Positions 45,329-55,247 of a DNA stretch of 64,000 nucleotides are shown here, one piece after another. A program made the translations under genes and the position numbers. Below the pieces are notes generated by a model. It saw only the letters and a program-made list of their open reading frames with translations, did no database searches and was not told the DNA's origin. The DNA lies in assembly GCF_016903815.1 (NCBI RefSeq), contig NZ_CP069973.1. The stretch is one strand, 5' to 3'. The stretch comes from Escherichia coli (GTDB lineage Bacteria; Pseudomonadota; Gammaproteobacteria; Enterobacterales; Enterobacteriaceae). Positions within the stretch are counted from its first letter, which is position 1; the number at the start of each line of letters is the position of its first letter.

Positions 45329-45329
45329 A

Positions 45330-47351
45330 TTAAACGCTCGCTACATTATACCAGGTGCCATTTATATACTTTTGAACGGGTCTGTAATAAACGCCCGCTA
45401 TATTATCGGCAGAGTTGGACCCTGTATCCTGAACATTAATACCAGACAATACATGACCTGACGGGCACTGGAAATTCCATGTTTGCCAGTTGTTCACTCC
45501 ATAATATTGCTGTGAACCAAGTCGAACATCTTTCACATATCTGGAATCAAAATTGCCATAGTTGCCAGGAATAACTTGCGAGCCACAAAGCCAGTTACCG
45601 TTATTATCCATGTACGCCTGACCATCGGTGCCATTGGCTGTCCTTGAGTTATTAATCATGTAGATGCCAAATTGCTTGTTCCCCAGTCCACCTATCATGA
45701 ACTTGCGGTCAGCGTGATTCTGGCGAAGCAACGCCTGAGCGCTATCAGTGTTAACTATATTTTTCCCAAAGATAGCGTTGTTATCGCGCATCTGAATCCA
45801 CATACCATTACTGCTGTTAATAGCAAAACGGTCTGAAAGCGTCTCCCCTGAAACATTAAGGCCACGCCCCATCGAAACAGCGCCAGTAGCGTTATTAATC
45901 CATAATGGCCTTAATCCGTTATAAGTCCCCATGTTGTCACCGGAGTTTGTCAACATGAAGTATGTATTTGAACCATCATTACGAATAAAGAATCCGTAAT
46001 TACCATAAGCAATACGTAGGCCGTTTGCTGATTTTGATATGACTTCGCCATTTACAATGGCATTGACAAGAACATACAAAGCATCCCATTTAAGATTCAT
46101 CAGGTCTTTTGTTGTAGTACTCTGGCGGCTTCTCCATTTGAAATATTCATTGCCGTTATCCCCCGTTTCAAACCACATGAATGAATCAGTGTCACCATCG
46201 GCATCATTTTTAAATCCAATCTTCGCCCAGTCAGTATTTCGAATCCAGGCAAGGATTGAGTCGTTTTCAAAAGTAAGTCCACCGGACAAGGTATCGCCAT
46301 TTTTTTGCACGGCGTTCCCGGCTCGGTTTACCGTTTCCTGTAAACCGAGATATTCGATAACGGCGGCAACGGTCGATTTAGCCAGAATATCCCGCCCGAC
46401 TTTTGTCAGGGTTGCCAGGCTGGCAACATCATTCCCCATAAAATACGGAAACCTGTCTGCCGCAGTAGCAAGCCCCGCCAGTGCCGTCAGGGTGGCATCT
46501 TTCGGTTGCTTCCCCGCAAGCGCATTAGTCATGGTGGTAGCAAAATTCGGGTCATTGCCCAGCGCCGCCGCCAGCTCGTTCAGCGTATTCAGTGCGTCAG
46601 GCGACGAGTCTACAAGGGCGGCAATCGCGGCCATAACGAAAGCCGTGTTTGCGATCTGAGTATTATTCGTTCCCTGTCGCGCAGTTGGCGTCGTTGGCGT
46701 TCCGGTCAGTGCAGGGCTGTTTAATGGCGCTTTCTTGTTCGTTTCATCCATTACCGTCTTAACGGCTTTCGGCGTTGCAGCCAGTGTTTCAGACGTGCTG
46801 TTGGTCGCACTGCTTAACTGAGTAAAACCTTTTGCGGTCAGCGAGGCGTCAGGGTGACGTCGTGACTGTTCATGTTCTGCAATTTTGTCATCAACGTAAT
46901 CCTGCGTCGCCATCACCGTTGTGGTGTCGATGGTCAGATCCACTGAGGCCACACTGCTGACGATAATGACCATGCGGCAGGTCTGCGAACGTCCTGAGCC
47001 TTCGGCAAGGGCTGGCTTATAACTTTCGGCCATGTTCGCCACGGCAATTAACGTTCCTGCATCATCGTACAGGCCAAGCTCACGCATCCAGAAACCGCCC
47101 ACCTCCGGCGGAATAACCAGCTCTGCGATAATATAATTACTGTTTCGTTTGTCCTGGCTGATTTTGTTCAGCGCATGTCGCCAGACTTCGTGGATAAGCC
47201 CGGTCTGTCCGGCATCCGGGACAGGCAATTTACCACCGCCATCCCCGACGGCCATCGTGGTAATGTTGACCTTCCGCCCTCCCGGCGCGGTTGCCGCTGC
47301 CAGCTTTGCTGCACCGGCAGTGGTGATAACGGTTTTGAATTTTGTGCTCAT
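45330..47351 (-). CDS. H: Tail fiber protein H
   Basis: 673 aa (P2 gpH about 669 aa); Thr/Ala/Gly-rich repeats in the fiber shaft. Confidence 0.9.
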   Translation of the reverse strand: MSTKFKTVITTAGAAKLAAATAPGGRKVNITTMAVGDGGGKLPVPDAGQTGLIHEVWRHALNKISQDKRNSNYIIAELVIPPEVGGFWMRELGLYDDAGTLIAVANMAESYKPALAEGSGRSQTCRMVIIVSSVASVDLTIDTTTVMATQDYVDDKIAEHEQSRRHPDASLTAKGFTQLSSATNSTSETLAATPKAVKTVMDETNKKAPLNSPALTGTPTTPTARQGTNNTQIANTAFVMAAIAALVDSSPDALNTLNELAAALGNDPNFATTMTNALAGKQPKDATLTALAGLATAADRFPYFMGNDVASLATLTKVGRDILAKSTVAAVIEYLGLQETVNRAGNAVQKNGDTLSGGLTFENDSILAWIRNTDWAKIGFKNDADGDTDSFMWFETGDNGNEYFKWRSRQSTTTKDLMNLKWDALYVLVNAIVNGEVISKSANGLRIAYGNYGFFIRNDGSNTYFMLTNSGDNMGTYNGLRPLWINNATGAVSMGRGLNVSGETLSDRFAINSSNGMWIQMRDNNAIFGKNIVNTDSAQALLRQNHADRKFMIGGLGNKQFGIYMINNSRTANGTDGQAYMDNNGNWLCGSQVIPGNYGNFDSRYVKDVRLGSQQYYGVNNWQTWNFQCPSGHVLSGINVQDTGSNSADNIAGVYYRPVQKYINGTWYNVASV

Positions 47352-47361
47352 TATTCCTCAC

Positions 47362-47892
47362 TTATCCGGGGTAAACCGTAATTACATCGCCGTCATAAGC
47401 CACACCACCGGCAAACAGGTAGCCGGGAATGTCCCGGGTAATGTTCAGACCAATAAGGTGGCGGCTTGCAGGTTTGGCATCAGCAATCAGCCGTTCCATT
47501 TCCTGATACATTGCCTCTGTGATGCCGCTTTCCAGTACACCAATATCAAGCCGGAAGGTGCCGGGCGGGTCACTGTTTTCCCACCACTCCGTCACGTTGA
47601 TGAGATAGCCGAGCGGCTCCACCACACGCCGGATTGCACCTATTGTGCCTTTATGACAGTGGATGAAATACGCATCGCGGATAACGGCGCGTTTTGTCGC
47701 TTCCGGCCACTTTTCATCCCACCTGTCGACCGAAAACGCCCACGCCAGCCACGGCAGCAGATTTGCCGGACAGGTGTCCGGGTTCCACAGCTCACGAATA
47801 CTGACCGGCGTTTTTTCAATTTCCGCACAGGCTTTTGCGGCGGCGACCTCAAGCGGTGATGAGCCGGTCGGCAGCAGTCGCGAATCACTCAT
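47362..47892 (-). CDS. I: Baseplate assembly protein I
   Basis: 176 aa, same as P2 gpI. Confidence 0.85.
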   Translation of the reverse strand: MSDSRLLPTGSSPLEVAAAKACAEIEKTPVSIRELWNPDTCPANLLPWLAWAFSVDRWDEKWPEATKRAVIRDAYFIHCHKGTIGAIRRVVEPLGYLINVTEWWENSDPPGTFRLDIGVLESGITEAMYQEMERLIADAKPASRHLIGLNITRDIPGYLFAGGVAYDGDVITVYPG

Positions 47893-48793
47893 CCGAGCCT
47901 CCGGTCACGACGCGGTATTCGGTACAGAAAGACGCCTGCGTACTGTTGAGCACGATGTCGGCCAGTGGTGCAGCCAGTTCGACACGCTGCACACCTTCCA
48001 CATGCAAAGCGGCATAAATGGCAGACAGACGGATGTCGCGCCCCAGCCGGTGCTGTGCCGTGATATACGCTTCCAGCTTTTTCACAGCGGCAGCGCGGAT
48101 GGGTTCGCTTTCGGGACCAGGGTAAAGGTAAAGCGTGGCGTTTATCTGGTATTCAACGATGGCGGCAGACTGCACGGTCACGCGGTCGGCCACCGGCCTG
48201 ACGTCCTCGCCATTAAGGGCGTTACGCACCACAGCCAGCAGGTCTTCGGATGCGACGCCGTTATTTTCACGTGACAGCACAGAGATGGTGACACAGGCAG
48301 GAGACGGACTGGTGACAGAAATATCCGCGACACGCCCGTCAGCACTGCGACCATGATACTGATAGGCTCCCACTGACCCGGCGACGCTTAAGCCCTCAAA
48401 AGCCTGCTGAATACGCAGACGATAATCGGTGTCAGATTCCATCACTGCCGGTGTCGGTGGAATGGTCGAATCATCTGCCGGGGTGATAGTCAGGCGCGTG
48501 GTGTTGTAATTGGCACCAATCACATCAAGGTCATTACCGGCGGCACAGGCCAGCATCACCGCCCGTGCGGCCTCATTCACACGCTGACGCCAGATAAGCT
48601 CACGATAAGCATTTTCTTCCAGCAGTTTGACGAGAGGCTCAGATTCCAGTGTCAGGGTACGGGCGACCGCCTCCTGCTGATCTTCCGGGTAAAGGGAAAT
48701 CAGTGTCGCCTTGCGTTCAGCGAGAATGCTTTCAAAGTCCAGCTCCTCGACCACATCTGGTGCGGGTAGCTGGTTCAGGTCGATAATCGGCAT
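47885..48793 (-). CDS. J: Baseplate assembly protein J
   Basis: 302 aa, same as P2 gpJ. Confidence 0.85.
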   Translation of the reverse strand: MPIIDLNQLPAPDVVEELDFESILAERKATLISLYPEDQQEAVARTLTLESEPLVKLLEENAYRELIWRQRVNEAARAVMLACAAGNDLDVIGANYNTTRLTITPADDSTIPPTPAVMESDTDYRLRIQQAFEGLSVAGSVGAYQYHGRSADGRVADISVTSPSPACVTISVLSRENNGVASEDLLAVVRNALNGEDVRPVADRVTVQSAAIVEYQINATLYLYPGPESEPIRAAAVKKLEAYITAQHRLGRDIRLSAIYAALHVEGVQRVELAAPLADIVLNSTQASFCTEYRVVTGGSDE

Positions 48794-48797
48794 GGTT

Positions 48798-49145
48798 TCA
48801 ACTCACAGGGATGGTTAATGAAAGTGGCTGGCCGGTGTCGTTGTGCTGGCCGGTTAACGTGACCGTCATTCGCCCGTCAAAACTGCGCTCAGTGGTGACG
48901 GATGACAGGGTGACGCGGGGTTCCCATTTCAGCACCGCCATGTAACAGGCGACCTTAATCTGCAACTCAAGCGCCGGGGTCTGCGGCTGGTCAATCATTG
49001 ATGCCAGCAACGAGCCGTAATCACGACGCATCACCCGTGAGCCGACCGGTGTGCGCAGGATATCGCCGATACTCTGGCTGATATGCTCAAGGTCAGTGAC
49101 AGTCAGGCCATCACTGCGATTCATTCCGAGATAACGCGCTGTCAT
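48798..49145 (-). CDS. W: Baseplate protein W (gp25-like)
   Basis: 115 aa, same as P2 gpW. Confidence 0.85.
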   Translation of the reverse strand: MTARYLGMNRSDGLTVTDLEHISQSIGDILRTPVGSRVMRRDYGSLLASMIDQPQTPALELQIKVACYMAVLKWEPRVTLSSVTTERSFDGRMTVTLTGQHNDTGQPLSLTIPVS

Positions 49146-49771
49146 AAAGGACTCCCGGTTGTGCCGCCGCTGTCGCCGGGGTGTTTGTGGGTATGCAGTA
49201 CCTTACCGTTTGATGAGAGTTCACCGCCGGTGTGTTCAATGTTGCCGCGCATCGTCCCGCCCTTCTGCACTTCCAGCGTGCCGGTAGTCAGTTTGTTAGT
49301 GCAGACCACTTCTGGTGTGTCCAGGGTGACGCGGGTTGATGCTTTCACCGTGACCACTGGTACCGTGGCAGTAACAGAATCAGAAGCCGTCACGCTGGCC
49401 GTTTTAATTCCGCTTACCGTGAGTGCACTGGTTTCAGGTTCATACTCAATCACCGCCCCGTCAGGGAAACGGATATGCAGGGCATCCGCCGACGCAGACG
49501 GCGCAGGGTTATCGCCGGAATAAATCCCCGGCAGAACGAACGCCGTGTCGAGTTCACCGCCCACGGCCAGAATCAGCACCTGTTCCCCCACGGAAGGTGC
49601 CCACCATGTGCGCGAACGCCCAGCGCGATGGGTCAGCCACTGAAGCCAGTCGGTGCACATGCCGCCAGTCTGCACACGGCAGCGACCGGCATTAAGGTCG
49701 GTTTCGACGATAATGCCAGTGCGAATCATATTGCGTATAAAGCGAAGAATTTCATTGTATTGTGCATTCAT
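49142..49771 (-). CDS. V: Baseplate spike protein V
   Basis: ORF track 235 aa; internal start MNAQYNEILRFIRNM gives about 209 aa (P2 gpV about 211 aa). Confidence 0.85.
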   Translation of the reverse strand: MNAQYNEILRFIRNMIRTGIIVETDLNAGRCRVQTGGMCTDWLQWLTHRAGRSRTWWAPSVGEQVLILAVGGELDTAFVLPGIYSGDNPAPSASADALHIRFPDGAVIEYEPETSALTVSGIKTASVTASDSVTATVPVVTVKASTRVTLDTPEVVCTNKLTTGTLEVQKGGTMRGNIEHTGGELSSNGKVLHTHKHPGDSGGTTGSPL

Positions 49772-49857
49772 TCGATAATAATGATTCTGTACAATCTCGA
49801 AGTAAATCACACCACGATTTCTGGTGCACAGAACAACAAGGGACAACAAAATCCATT

Positions 49858-50931
49858 ATGAGTACTTACTTTTTCTCGTCAGAAACAATGAAAGAATTGT
49901 TCAAAGATTATCTGGTCTTTTTGAACACGCTGACTCCCAGCACAAACTTTGAATCAAACAGAAACAAAATAATTGCTCAAGCAATAAACTTCATTTCCGA
50001 AAACCCTGAAGATTGGGACAAAAAATCCCAGTACAACATTGCTATGATTGGCGACACCTTTAAAAGTTTCTTAAGAGAAAAGGGGGAAGATAACAACAGC
50101 ATCAACCTTATATTCACTTGCTTTTTTAGATTTATCATTGAACCAAGCATTCTCTCTCCGGAAATAGAGTCTCACTTTTCACCACTAAGAACCATCAAGG
50201 ATTTTGCTCTGTATAACTATAATGAATTCGATGAGCGGAGCAGAGCACAGATAGACTTTTCTCTTAGAGAACTGCCATTAGCAATGGTTAAAGAAGTTTT
50301 AAGCTCCAGCAATGTTGACACATATAAAAAATACATTGATAGTTTAAACGAAGGGCGTCAATTTTTCGAAAAGTGCGACTCCTTCTTAAAGGAGCAACAT
50401 GCCAAAATAGAGTCAATTAAAGAGTCATTAAAAGGGTATGAGGTCGCATTTAATTTTGTTGGATTGTTTGATGGCTTTAATTCACTTGGCAAAAAGAAAG
50501 AAAGTGAAATCATGCTATCAAGAATAATTCTTATCATCTTGGCTATAATCATTCCCTCCCCGCTGATATACTATGGAATGCATAAATTACCAACTCTCGA
50601 AACGACAAATGCTGCCACATATTTTATGTCAGCACTACCTTTTGCATCAGTTACATTGATTTTCATGTATTACTTTAGAGTTGTACTGATAAATCATATA
50701 TCGTTACGAACTCAGATTATGCAAATAGAACTCAGAAAGAGCCTTTGTCAGTTCATTCAGAGTTATAGCGACTATTCCTCAGAGATAAGGAAAAACAATC
50801 CGGAAGCGCTTTCAAAATTCGAAGACGTAGTATTTTCAAACATCATGCTATCCGATGATAAGATACCATCTACATTTGATGGCATTGAGCAAATAGCATC
50901 GTTAATCAATTCATTAAAAAATGGAAAGTAA
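49858..50931 (+). CDS. Hypothetical two-TM membrane protein (cargo gene between V and S)
   Basis: ATG at 49858 (MSTYFFSSETMKELF) gives 357 aa; AT-rich; soluble N-terminal region, two hydrophobic helices (IILIILAIIIPSPLIYYG and ALPFASVTLIFMYYF), C-terminal tail; opposite strand to phage late genes. Confidence 0.65.
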   Translation: MSTYFFSSETMKELFKDYLVFLNTLTPSTNFESNRNKIIAQAINFISENPEDWDKKSQYNIAMIGDTFKSFLREKGEDNNSINLIFTCFFRFIIEPSILSPEIESHFSPLRTIKDFALYNYNEFDERSRAQIDFSLRELPLAMVKEVLSSSNVDTYKKYIDSLNEGRQFFEKCDSFLKEQHAKIESIKESLKGYEVAFNFVGLFDGFNSLGKKKESEIMLSRIILIILAIIIPSPLIYYGMHKLPTLETTNAATYFMSALPFASVTLIFMYYFRVVLINHISLRTQIMQIELRKSLCQFIQSYSDYSSEIRKNNPEALSKFEDVVFSNIMLSDDKIPSTFDGIEQIASLINSLKNGK

Positions 50932-50935
50932 TGAT

Positions 50936-50963
50936 AAAAGGCCAATAACTGGCCTTTTATTTA
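50936..50963 (+). terminator. Rho-independent (probably bidirectional) terminator
   Basis: aaaaggccaataactggcctttta: hairpin flanked by A-run and T-run, between the cargo gene (+) and S (-). Confidence 0.6.
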
Positions 50964-51033
50964 TTAACATGAAAATTCAAAATAAATTATGCTAATCAAT
51001 TGATTTCTATCTTATATTCTCAGATGATTAAAT

Positions 51034-51486
51034 CTAACGATTCAGGTGAGCCAGGATAATCTCTTCAATCATCTGCACATCCTCACCGGTAAAGCCAAGC
51101 AGAGGACGCGCCGGATAATCAATTTTCTTACCGTCTTTCCGGGTTTCTTCCGACAGACCGAACTGATGCACACTGGCGATTTTCGGTGACTTCCCGCCGT
51201 AAAACTCCATTGATGCCTGTTCAGGGCTGGCGCGGATATGCAAAAAACGACTGGTGATAAGTTTCGCAAACATTTTTCGCTTAACGCGACCGGTCTTTTT
51301 TCTGGCGCTCTGCTGCTGGCGTGGTGCGTAGGGTGTGCCGTCCGGGGCTTTCTGTGCCATCACCCGACGCTGCTGACTCTGCCGCAGACGTTTCGCCAGT
51401 TCTGCACTCAGTCGCCGACGCCCAGACGGTGACAGCGATTCAATCAGTCCGGTCAGCCGGTCTTCAAAACGCTTAAACTCATTCAT
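51034..51486 (-). CDS. S: Tail completion protein S
   Basis: 150 aa, same as P2 gpS. Confidence 0.85.
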   Translation of the reverse strand: MNEFKRFEDRLTGLIESLSPSGRRRLSAELAKRLRQSQQRRVMAQKAPDGTPYAPRQQQSARKKTGRVKRKMFAKLITSRFLHIRASPEQASMEFYGGKSPKIASVHQFGLSEETRKDGKKIDYPARPLLGFTGEDVQMIEEIILAHLNR

Positions 51487-51946
51487 CCCACTTGCTCACC
51501 AGTTCACCATTGATATAAAGCTCCATCGGGCGATTGACTGGCTCCGGCGGCGGAGGTTCCGGGATATTCTTCACATGCAGCGCACCGTCAACCTCACTGA
51601 CCAGCGTTCGCTCGGTCAGCATCAGGCTGATGCTGATATCAAAGCTGCTGTCATTGTTGATGTCTGCATAAAACGTGAAACCTTTTTTCTGACCTTCGTC
51701 GGTGGTCATGATGTCGGGCTGATTTTCCCGCAGCCACGCCAGCACCGGCACGATGAGCAGGTCAAAATCACCGGTAAAGTCGGTCACAATCACATTGAGC
51801 GTGTAACGCTTTTCGAACGACAGCGACGTCGCCAGCGTGGAGGCAATACTCCCGTTATCCACGAATATCCGCAGCATCTCTGGACTGGTTTTCAGCACCG
51901 TGACGGCATCAGTCAGCGCCCTGCGCAGGCTGTCGGGTTTGAGCAT
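51479..51946 (-). CDS. R: Tail completion protein R
   Basis: 155 aa, same as P2 gpR. Confidence 0.85.
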   Translation of the reverse strand: MLKPDSLRRALTDAVTVLKTSPEMLRIFVDNGSIASTLATSLSFEKRYTLNVIVTDFTGDFDLLIVPVLAWLRENQPDIMTTDEGQKKGFTFYADINNDSSFDISISLMLTERTLVSEVDGALHVKNIPEPPPPEPVNRPMELYINGELVSKWDE

Positions 51947-52199
51947 CGTTTTCGTCCTGACAGTGTTTAATCATTTTTACCTGGCTGGCACAACGTGCCA
52001 GCGCGTTCTCAAGCTGCCGGATATCGGCACTTAAATCGCCGTTCGTCTCCGGGTCACTGCCCGGCATCGGGCAAAGGCTCACTTTCGGGCAGGCGTTGGC
52101 GACAATCACTGGCGTCGGTGCAGGCGGGGCGCTGGTGCAACCGGCGCACAGCATCAGGCAGGTCAGCACCATACCAGCGGCGAAAATCTTCGTTTTCAT
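51909..52199 (-). CDS. lysC: LysC, Rz1-like outer-membrane lipoprotein spanin
   Basis: Internal start MKTKIFAAGMVLTCLMLCAGC gives a lipobox signal peptide and Pro-rich body; embedded in the 3' part of lysB in another frame. Confidence 0.7.
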   Translation of the reverse strand: MKTKIFAAGMVLTCLMLCAGCTSAPPAPTPVIVANACPKVSLCPMPGSDPETNGDLSADIRQLENALARCASQVKMIKHCQDENDAQTRQPAQGAD

Positions 52200-52479
52200 T
52201 AAGTAACCTCGTGATGGTTTTCTCGCGCTGTGCTTCACGCTTCGCGGCGTTCTCCAGTTCCTGACGCAGTGCCACCTGCGCCAGCTCGTTTTTGTCTGCC
52301 CTGGTGATGGCAACATGAAGCTGATTTTTCAGCATGGTGATGGTCGTCTGCTGTTCACTGGCGACGTTATTCGCCCTGTCCAGCGAGGCGCGCAGGCTGG
52401 CATTTTTGTGTTTCACCAGAAACAGACCGGTCACCGCCAGCGATAACAACACGACCAGCACAATCATCAGCTTTGACAT
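52054..52479 (-). CDS. lysB: LysB, Rz-like inner-membrane spanin
   Basis: 141 aa with N-terminal TM anchor and coiled-coil periplasmic region. Confidence 0.8.
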   Translation of the reverse strand: MSKLMIVLVVLLSLAVTGLFLVKHKNASLRASLDRANNVASEQQTTITMLKNQLHVAITRADKNELAQVALRQELENAAKREAQREKTITRLLNENEDFRRWYGADLPDAVRRLHQRPACTDASDCRQRLPESEPLPDAGQ

Positions 52480-52892
52480 AGTTCCCGCCCCTCAAAACGC
52501 TGACGGCAGGCCGTACGTATCAGCCGGAAGAACACCGATACCACGAGATAAATCAGCGCGGTAAAAATCCACCCGGCAGCGACCAGCGAGATAAACGTCG
52601 CCACCATCACCACCAGAGCCGCCGCCCGTCTGCGCCACGGCACCGGCTGCAAAAACAGCGACGTGACGATCTTCACGGCCAGCGATTCCGGCGGCAGCTC
52701 CCGCCCGTAGCGTTCCAGCACATACTCCGTGGCATACACGCCGACACCACCGGCAACCACACAGATAACCGTCGCCAGAATCGCCCATGCAGCGACAAAA
52801 CTGACGGCCACGCTCTGCGGGTAAATCAGGGACAGTGCCAGCATCAGCGCCAGCGACACGTTCAGCATCAGTGAAAGGGATAATTTCTTCAT
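52467..52892 (-). CDS. lysA: LysA, lysis-timing membrane protein
   Basis: 141 aa polytopic membrane protein, same size and position as P2 LysA. Confidence 0.8.
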   Translation of the reverse strand: MKKLSLSLMLNVSLALMLALSLIYPQSVAVSFVAAWAILATVICVVAGGVGVYATEYVLERYGRELPPESLAVKIVTSLFLQPVPWRRRAAALVVMVATFISLVAAGWIFTALIYLVVSVFFRLIRTACRQRFEGRELCQS

Positions 52893-52906
52893 GGTGTTTA
52901 CTCCGT

Positions 52907-53404
52907 TTAAGCCGGTACGCCGCCAGCGGTACGCCAGACGGTGACCAGTTTTTCCAGTGAATGCTCACGCTGACCGTAACCGGCACCCGGCAGGGACGCC
53001 CAGATATTGCGACAGCGTAAAATGGCGCGCTCAATGCGTCCCGCCCGGATGTCATCCAGTGCACCGCGTTCGCGGATCAACTGAATGGCGAGCCTGTCCT
53101 GTGACAACGGACTGAAATCCGGCAGGGCAAGCTGTTTGCGGTAGTGCGGCCAGAACAGGTAAAGCTGCTGATAGCGACCGGAGGCCGTGGATTTTTCACC
53201 GCGACGGTTAAACACCTTCGCCGGTCGGCCATGCGCGAACGGGTGGTCACTGTAGTCGGTGAAAATTTCCGGCTTCCCGTCCAGTCCGGTGACTATCACG
53301 TCATAGCCCCGGTTTTTCGTCAGCGGATGATTCGCCGTCCCTTCGGACACCGCCAGCATGTCGAGAAAGGCAGCGATATTCTGATGCGTGTTAATTACCG
53401 GCAT
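52907..53404 (-). CDS. K: Endolysin K (lysozyme-like)
   Basis: 165 aa, same as P2 gpK. Confidence 0.85.
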   Translation of the reverse strand: MPVINTHQNIAAFLDMLAVSEGTANHPLTKNRGYDVIVTGLDGKPEIFTDYSDHPFAHGRPAKVFNRRGEKSTASGRYQQLYLFWPHYRKQLALPDFSPLSQDRLAIQLIRERGALDDIRAGRIERAILRCRNIWASLPGAGYGQREHSLEKLVTVWRTAGGVPA

Positions 53405-53685
53405 TACGGTTTCCCCCTGCCCTTAAAGCGGCGCTGAATGGCAATCTCAATCACCTGATAACCGGCGATACCCAGCATGGAGCCGATGCCGCACACCGCA
53501 GGCAGTGACAGGTCAGGAAACTGCACCAGAACAACACCGGCAACCATCGAGACAAAACCACCGAGCAACATGCGCCCGATAAACAGACGCGGGGTGATGG
53601 GTTCACCACCGGCAAGCACCTTGCCGACAACAATCAGCACCCCAATCATGAAAAGCGACAGGACGCTTTTTTCTTCTGCTGTCAT
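53404..53685 (-). CDS. Y: Holin Y
   Basis: 93 aa with hydrophobic helices, same as P2 gpY. Confidence 0.85.
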   Translation of the reverse strand: MTAEEKSVLSLFMIGVLIVVGKVLAGGEPITPRLFIGRMLLGGFVSMVAGVVLVQFPDLSLPAVCGIGSMLGIAGYQVIEIAIQRRFKGRGKP

Positions 53686-53688
53686 GCG

Positions 53689-53892
53689 TTACTCCCACAG
53701 ATTGACAGTTTCAGCCACGGGCGCGGTCTGAACGTCGGGCAGTTCGACGGCGGTGCCGTGTGGCAGCACCGCACCCAGTTCAGCCAGTCCCGGATTTGCG
53801 GCGAGCACGGTCTCAACCACGCCCTCAGTGCGCCCGTAATACCGGACACAAATGGCGTCGAGCGTGTCGCCCTGTAGCGCAAAGGTCTTCAT
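53689..53892 (-). CDS. X: Tail protein X (LysM-like)
   Basis: Internal start MKTFALQGDTLDAICVRYYGR gives 67 aa, as P2 gpX. Confidence 0.8.
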   Translation of the reverse strand: MKTFALQGDTLDAICVRYYGRTEGVVETVLAANPGLAELGAVLPHGTAVELPDVQTAPVAETVNLWE

Positions 53893-54401
53893 CAGATTTG
53901 ACTCACGATGCAGCGCGGCTTGTCCTGGATGCGCGCCACTGCCCAGCGCATATCCCGCCACAGTTCATCAATGGTGCTGTCAATGCTGTCGGCCTTCTTG
54001 TCGCCTTTCGCACTGGCATCCACGCCGCGATAACGCTCATAAAGCGACGCGGTCGCCATCGCACACACGGCGCGCTCGTAGTAAAAAACTTTGATGCTTT
54101 CACCGTCGATGTCGTCCGCCGGGACGTCAGCCAGACGCGAAAAACCGGCAGCAATTTTCTGTTCGCGGTACTCGTACAGCTCCGCATTCGTCTCCGCCAT
54201 GCCTGACTTGACGGCCTCACGCAGACGGGCGGGGGCGACAGTCTGCTCAAGGCGCATACGTTCCCGGACGCGCTTCGGGTCGATATCGGGAAAAAAGAAC
54301 GTGTTTTTAATCACCGGCTCGTCGCCTGCCGGTTGCGGGATGACCACCGTACCCTCACCGGACACGGGAGCCTCCTTTCGCGGAATAATCAGCGTCATCA
54401 T
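53892..54401 (-). CDS. L: Head completion/stabilisation protein L
   Basis: Internal start MMTLIIPRKEAPVSGEG gives 169 aa, as P2 gpL. Confidence 0.85.
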   Translation of the reverse strand: MMTLIIPRKEAPVSGEGTVVIPQPAGDEPVIKNTFFFPDIDPKRVRERMRLEQTVAPARLREAVKSGMAETNAELYEYREQKIAAGFSRLADVPADDIDGESIKVFYYERAVCAMATASLYERYRGVDASAKGDKKADSIDSTIDELWRDMRWAVARIQDKPRCIVSQI

Positions 54402-54500
54402 GACTACCTCTGAAAAGTCGGGCGGTGGACGCCGGTGCAGTGTCAGGTGATTCACCCTCACTGACCGGCGTGCCGCCCTGGCGCGGGGCGCATTCGGTTG

Positions 54501-55244
54501 TTAACTGGCTTTCTTTTTCGGGCGTCCACGTTTTGCCGGTGTCGCACTCCGGGTCTTACGCGGGGCGCGGGTGGCCGCTTTTGGCTGTGGCTCCGGCTTC
54601 GGTTTCAGCTCCCGCTCCAGTCGTTCAATCTCTTTTTTGACGCCTGCCTGACAGTCGAGCTGTGTCGCACGTTGCAGGTGCGCCAGCGCACCGGCGGCAT
54701 CACCAGCGTCACGCAGAAACAGACCGGTGATTTTGTGCAGCTTTGCGCGCACTTCATCAGGCATGTCTGCCGTGGCGGTCAGTTCAAGGGTGTCCGTCAG
54801 CAGGCGGGTATCCACAGACTCACCGGCAGCGTGAGCGCGCATGGCCGCGAGCGCCACCTCCTCGGTGAACATGTACGGCGGGGTGCGGCGGTGTTTACCC
54901 GGCATGGTCAGACCGTACTTCAGGGCATAACGGGCAATCTCCAGCGCACCGGCAATATCGCCGGTATCCAGACGCCACAGCATGACCGTCATCAGAATGT
55001 CATCCTGTGCACCTTTGCCCTGCTCCAGCACGCCGTTCACCCACGGCAACCAGAACGGCAGCAGTTCGCGCTTTTTCGCGGCCTTAAGCTCTTTTGAATA
55101 AATCGCTTTCAGTGTGCGCTGGTCTGCGGCCAGCTTGACCAGCATCTGCTCATAGACAGTTGCATGTCGCAGCGGGGCGGCTTCCCGCTGCGCGGTCATC
55201 GCTGCCGAGACCCGCATCATGTGGCGCTGTGCGGGACTCGTCAT
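54501..55244 (-). CDS. M: Terminase small (endonuclease) subunit M
   Basis: 247 aa, as P2 gpM; basic C-terminal tail. Confidence 0.85.
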   Translation of the reverse strand: MTSPAQRHMMRVSAAMTAQREAAPLRHATVYEQMLVKLAADQRTLKAIYSKELKAAKKRELLPFWLPWVNGVLEQGKGAQDDILMTVMLWRLDTGDIAGALEIARYALKYGLTMPGKHRRTPPYMFTEEVALAAMRAHAAGESVDTRLLTDTLELTATADMPDEVRAKLHKITGLFLRDAGDAAGALAHLQRATQLDCQAGVKKEIERLERELKPKPEPQPKAATRAPRKTRSATPAKRGRPKKKAS

Positions 55245-55247
55245 CGG

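Noticed and set aside
46039-48274. Plus-strand ORFs (206, 236, 203 aa) across tail fiber and baseplate genes H, I and J
   Set aside because: Antisense to a contiguous late operon whose products match P2 in length and order.
52492-53064. 190-aa minus-strand ORF overlapping lysA and K in another frame
   Set aside because: Arg/Gly-rich alternate-frame product; lysA and K already account for the region.
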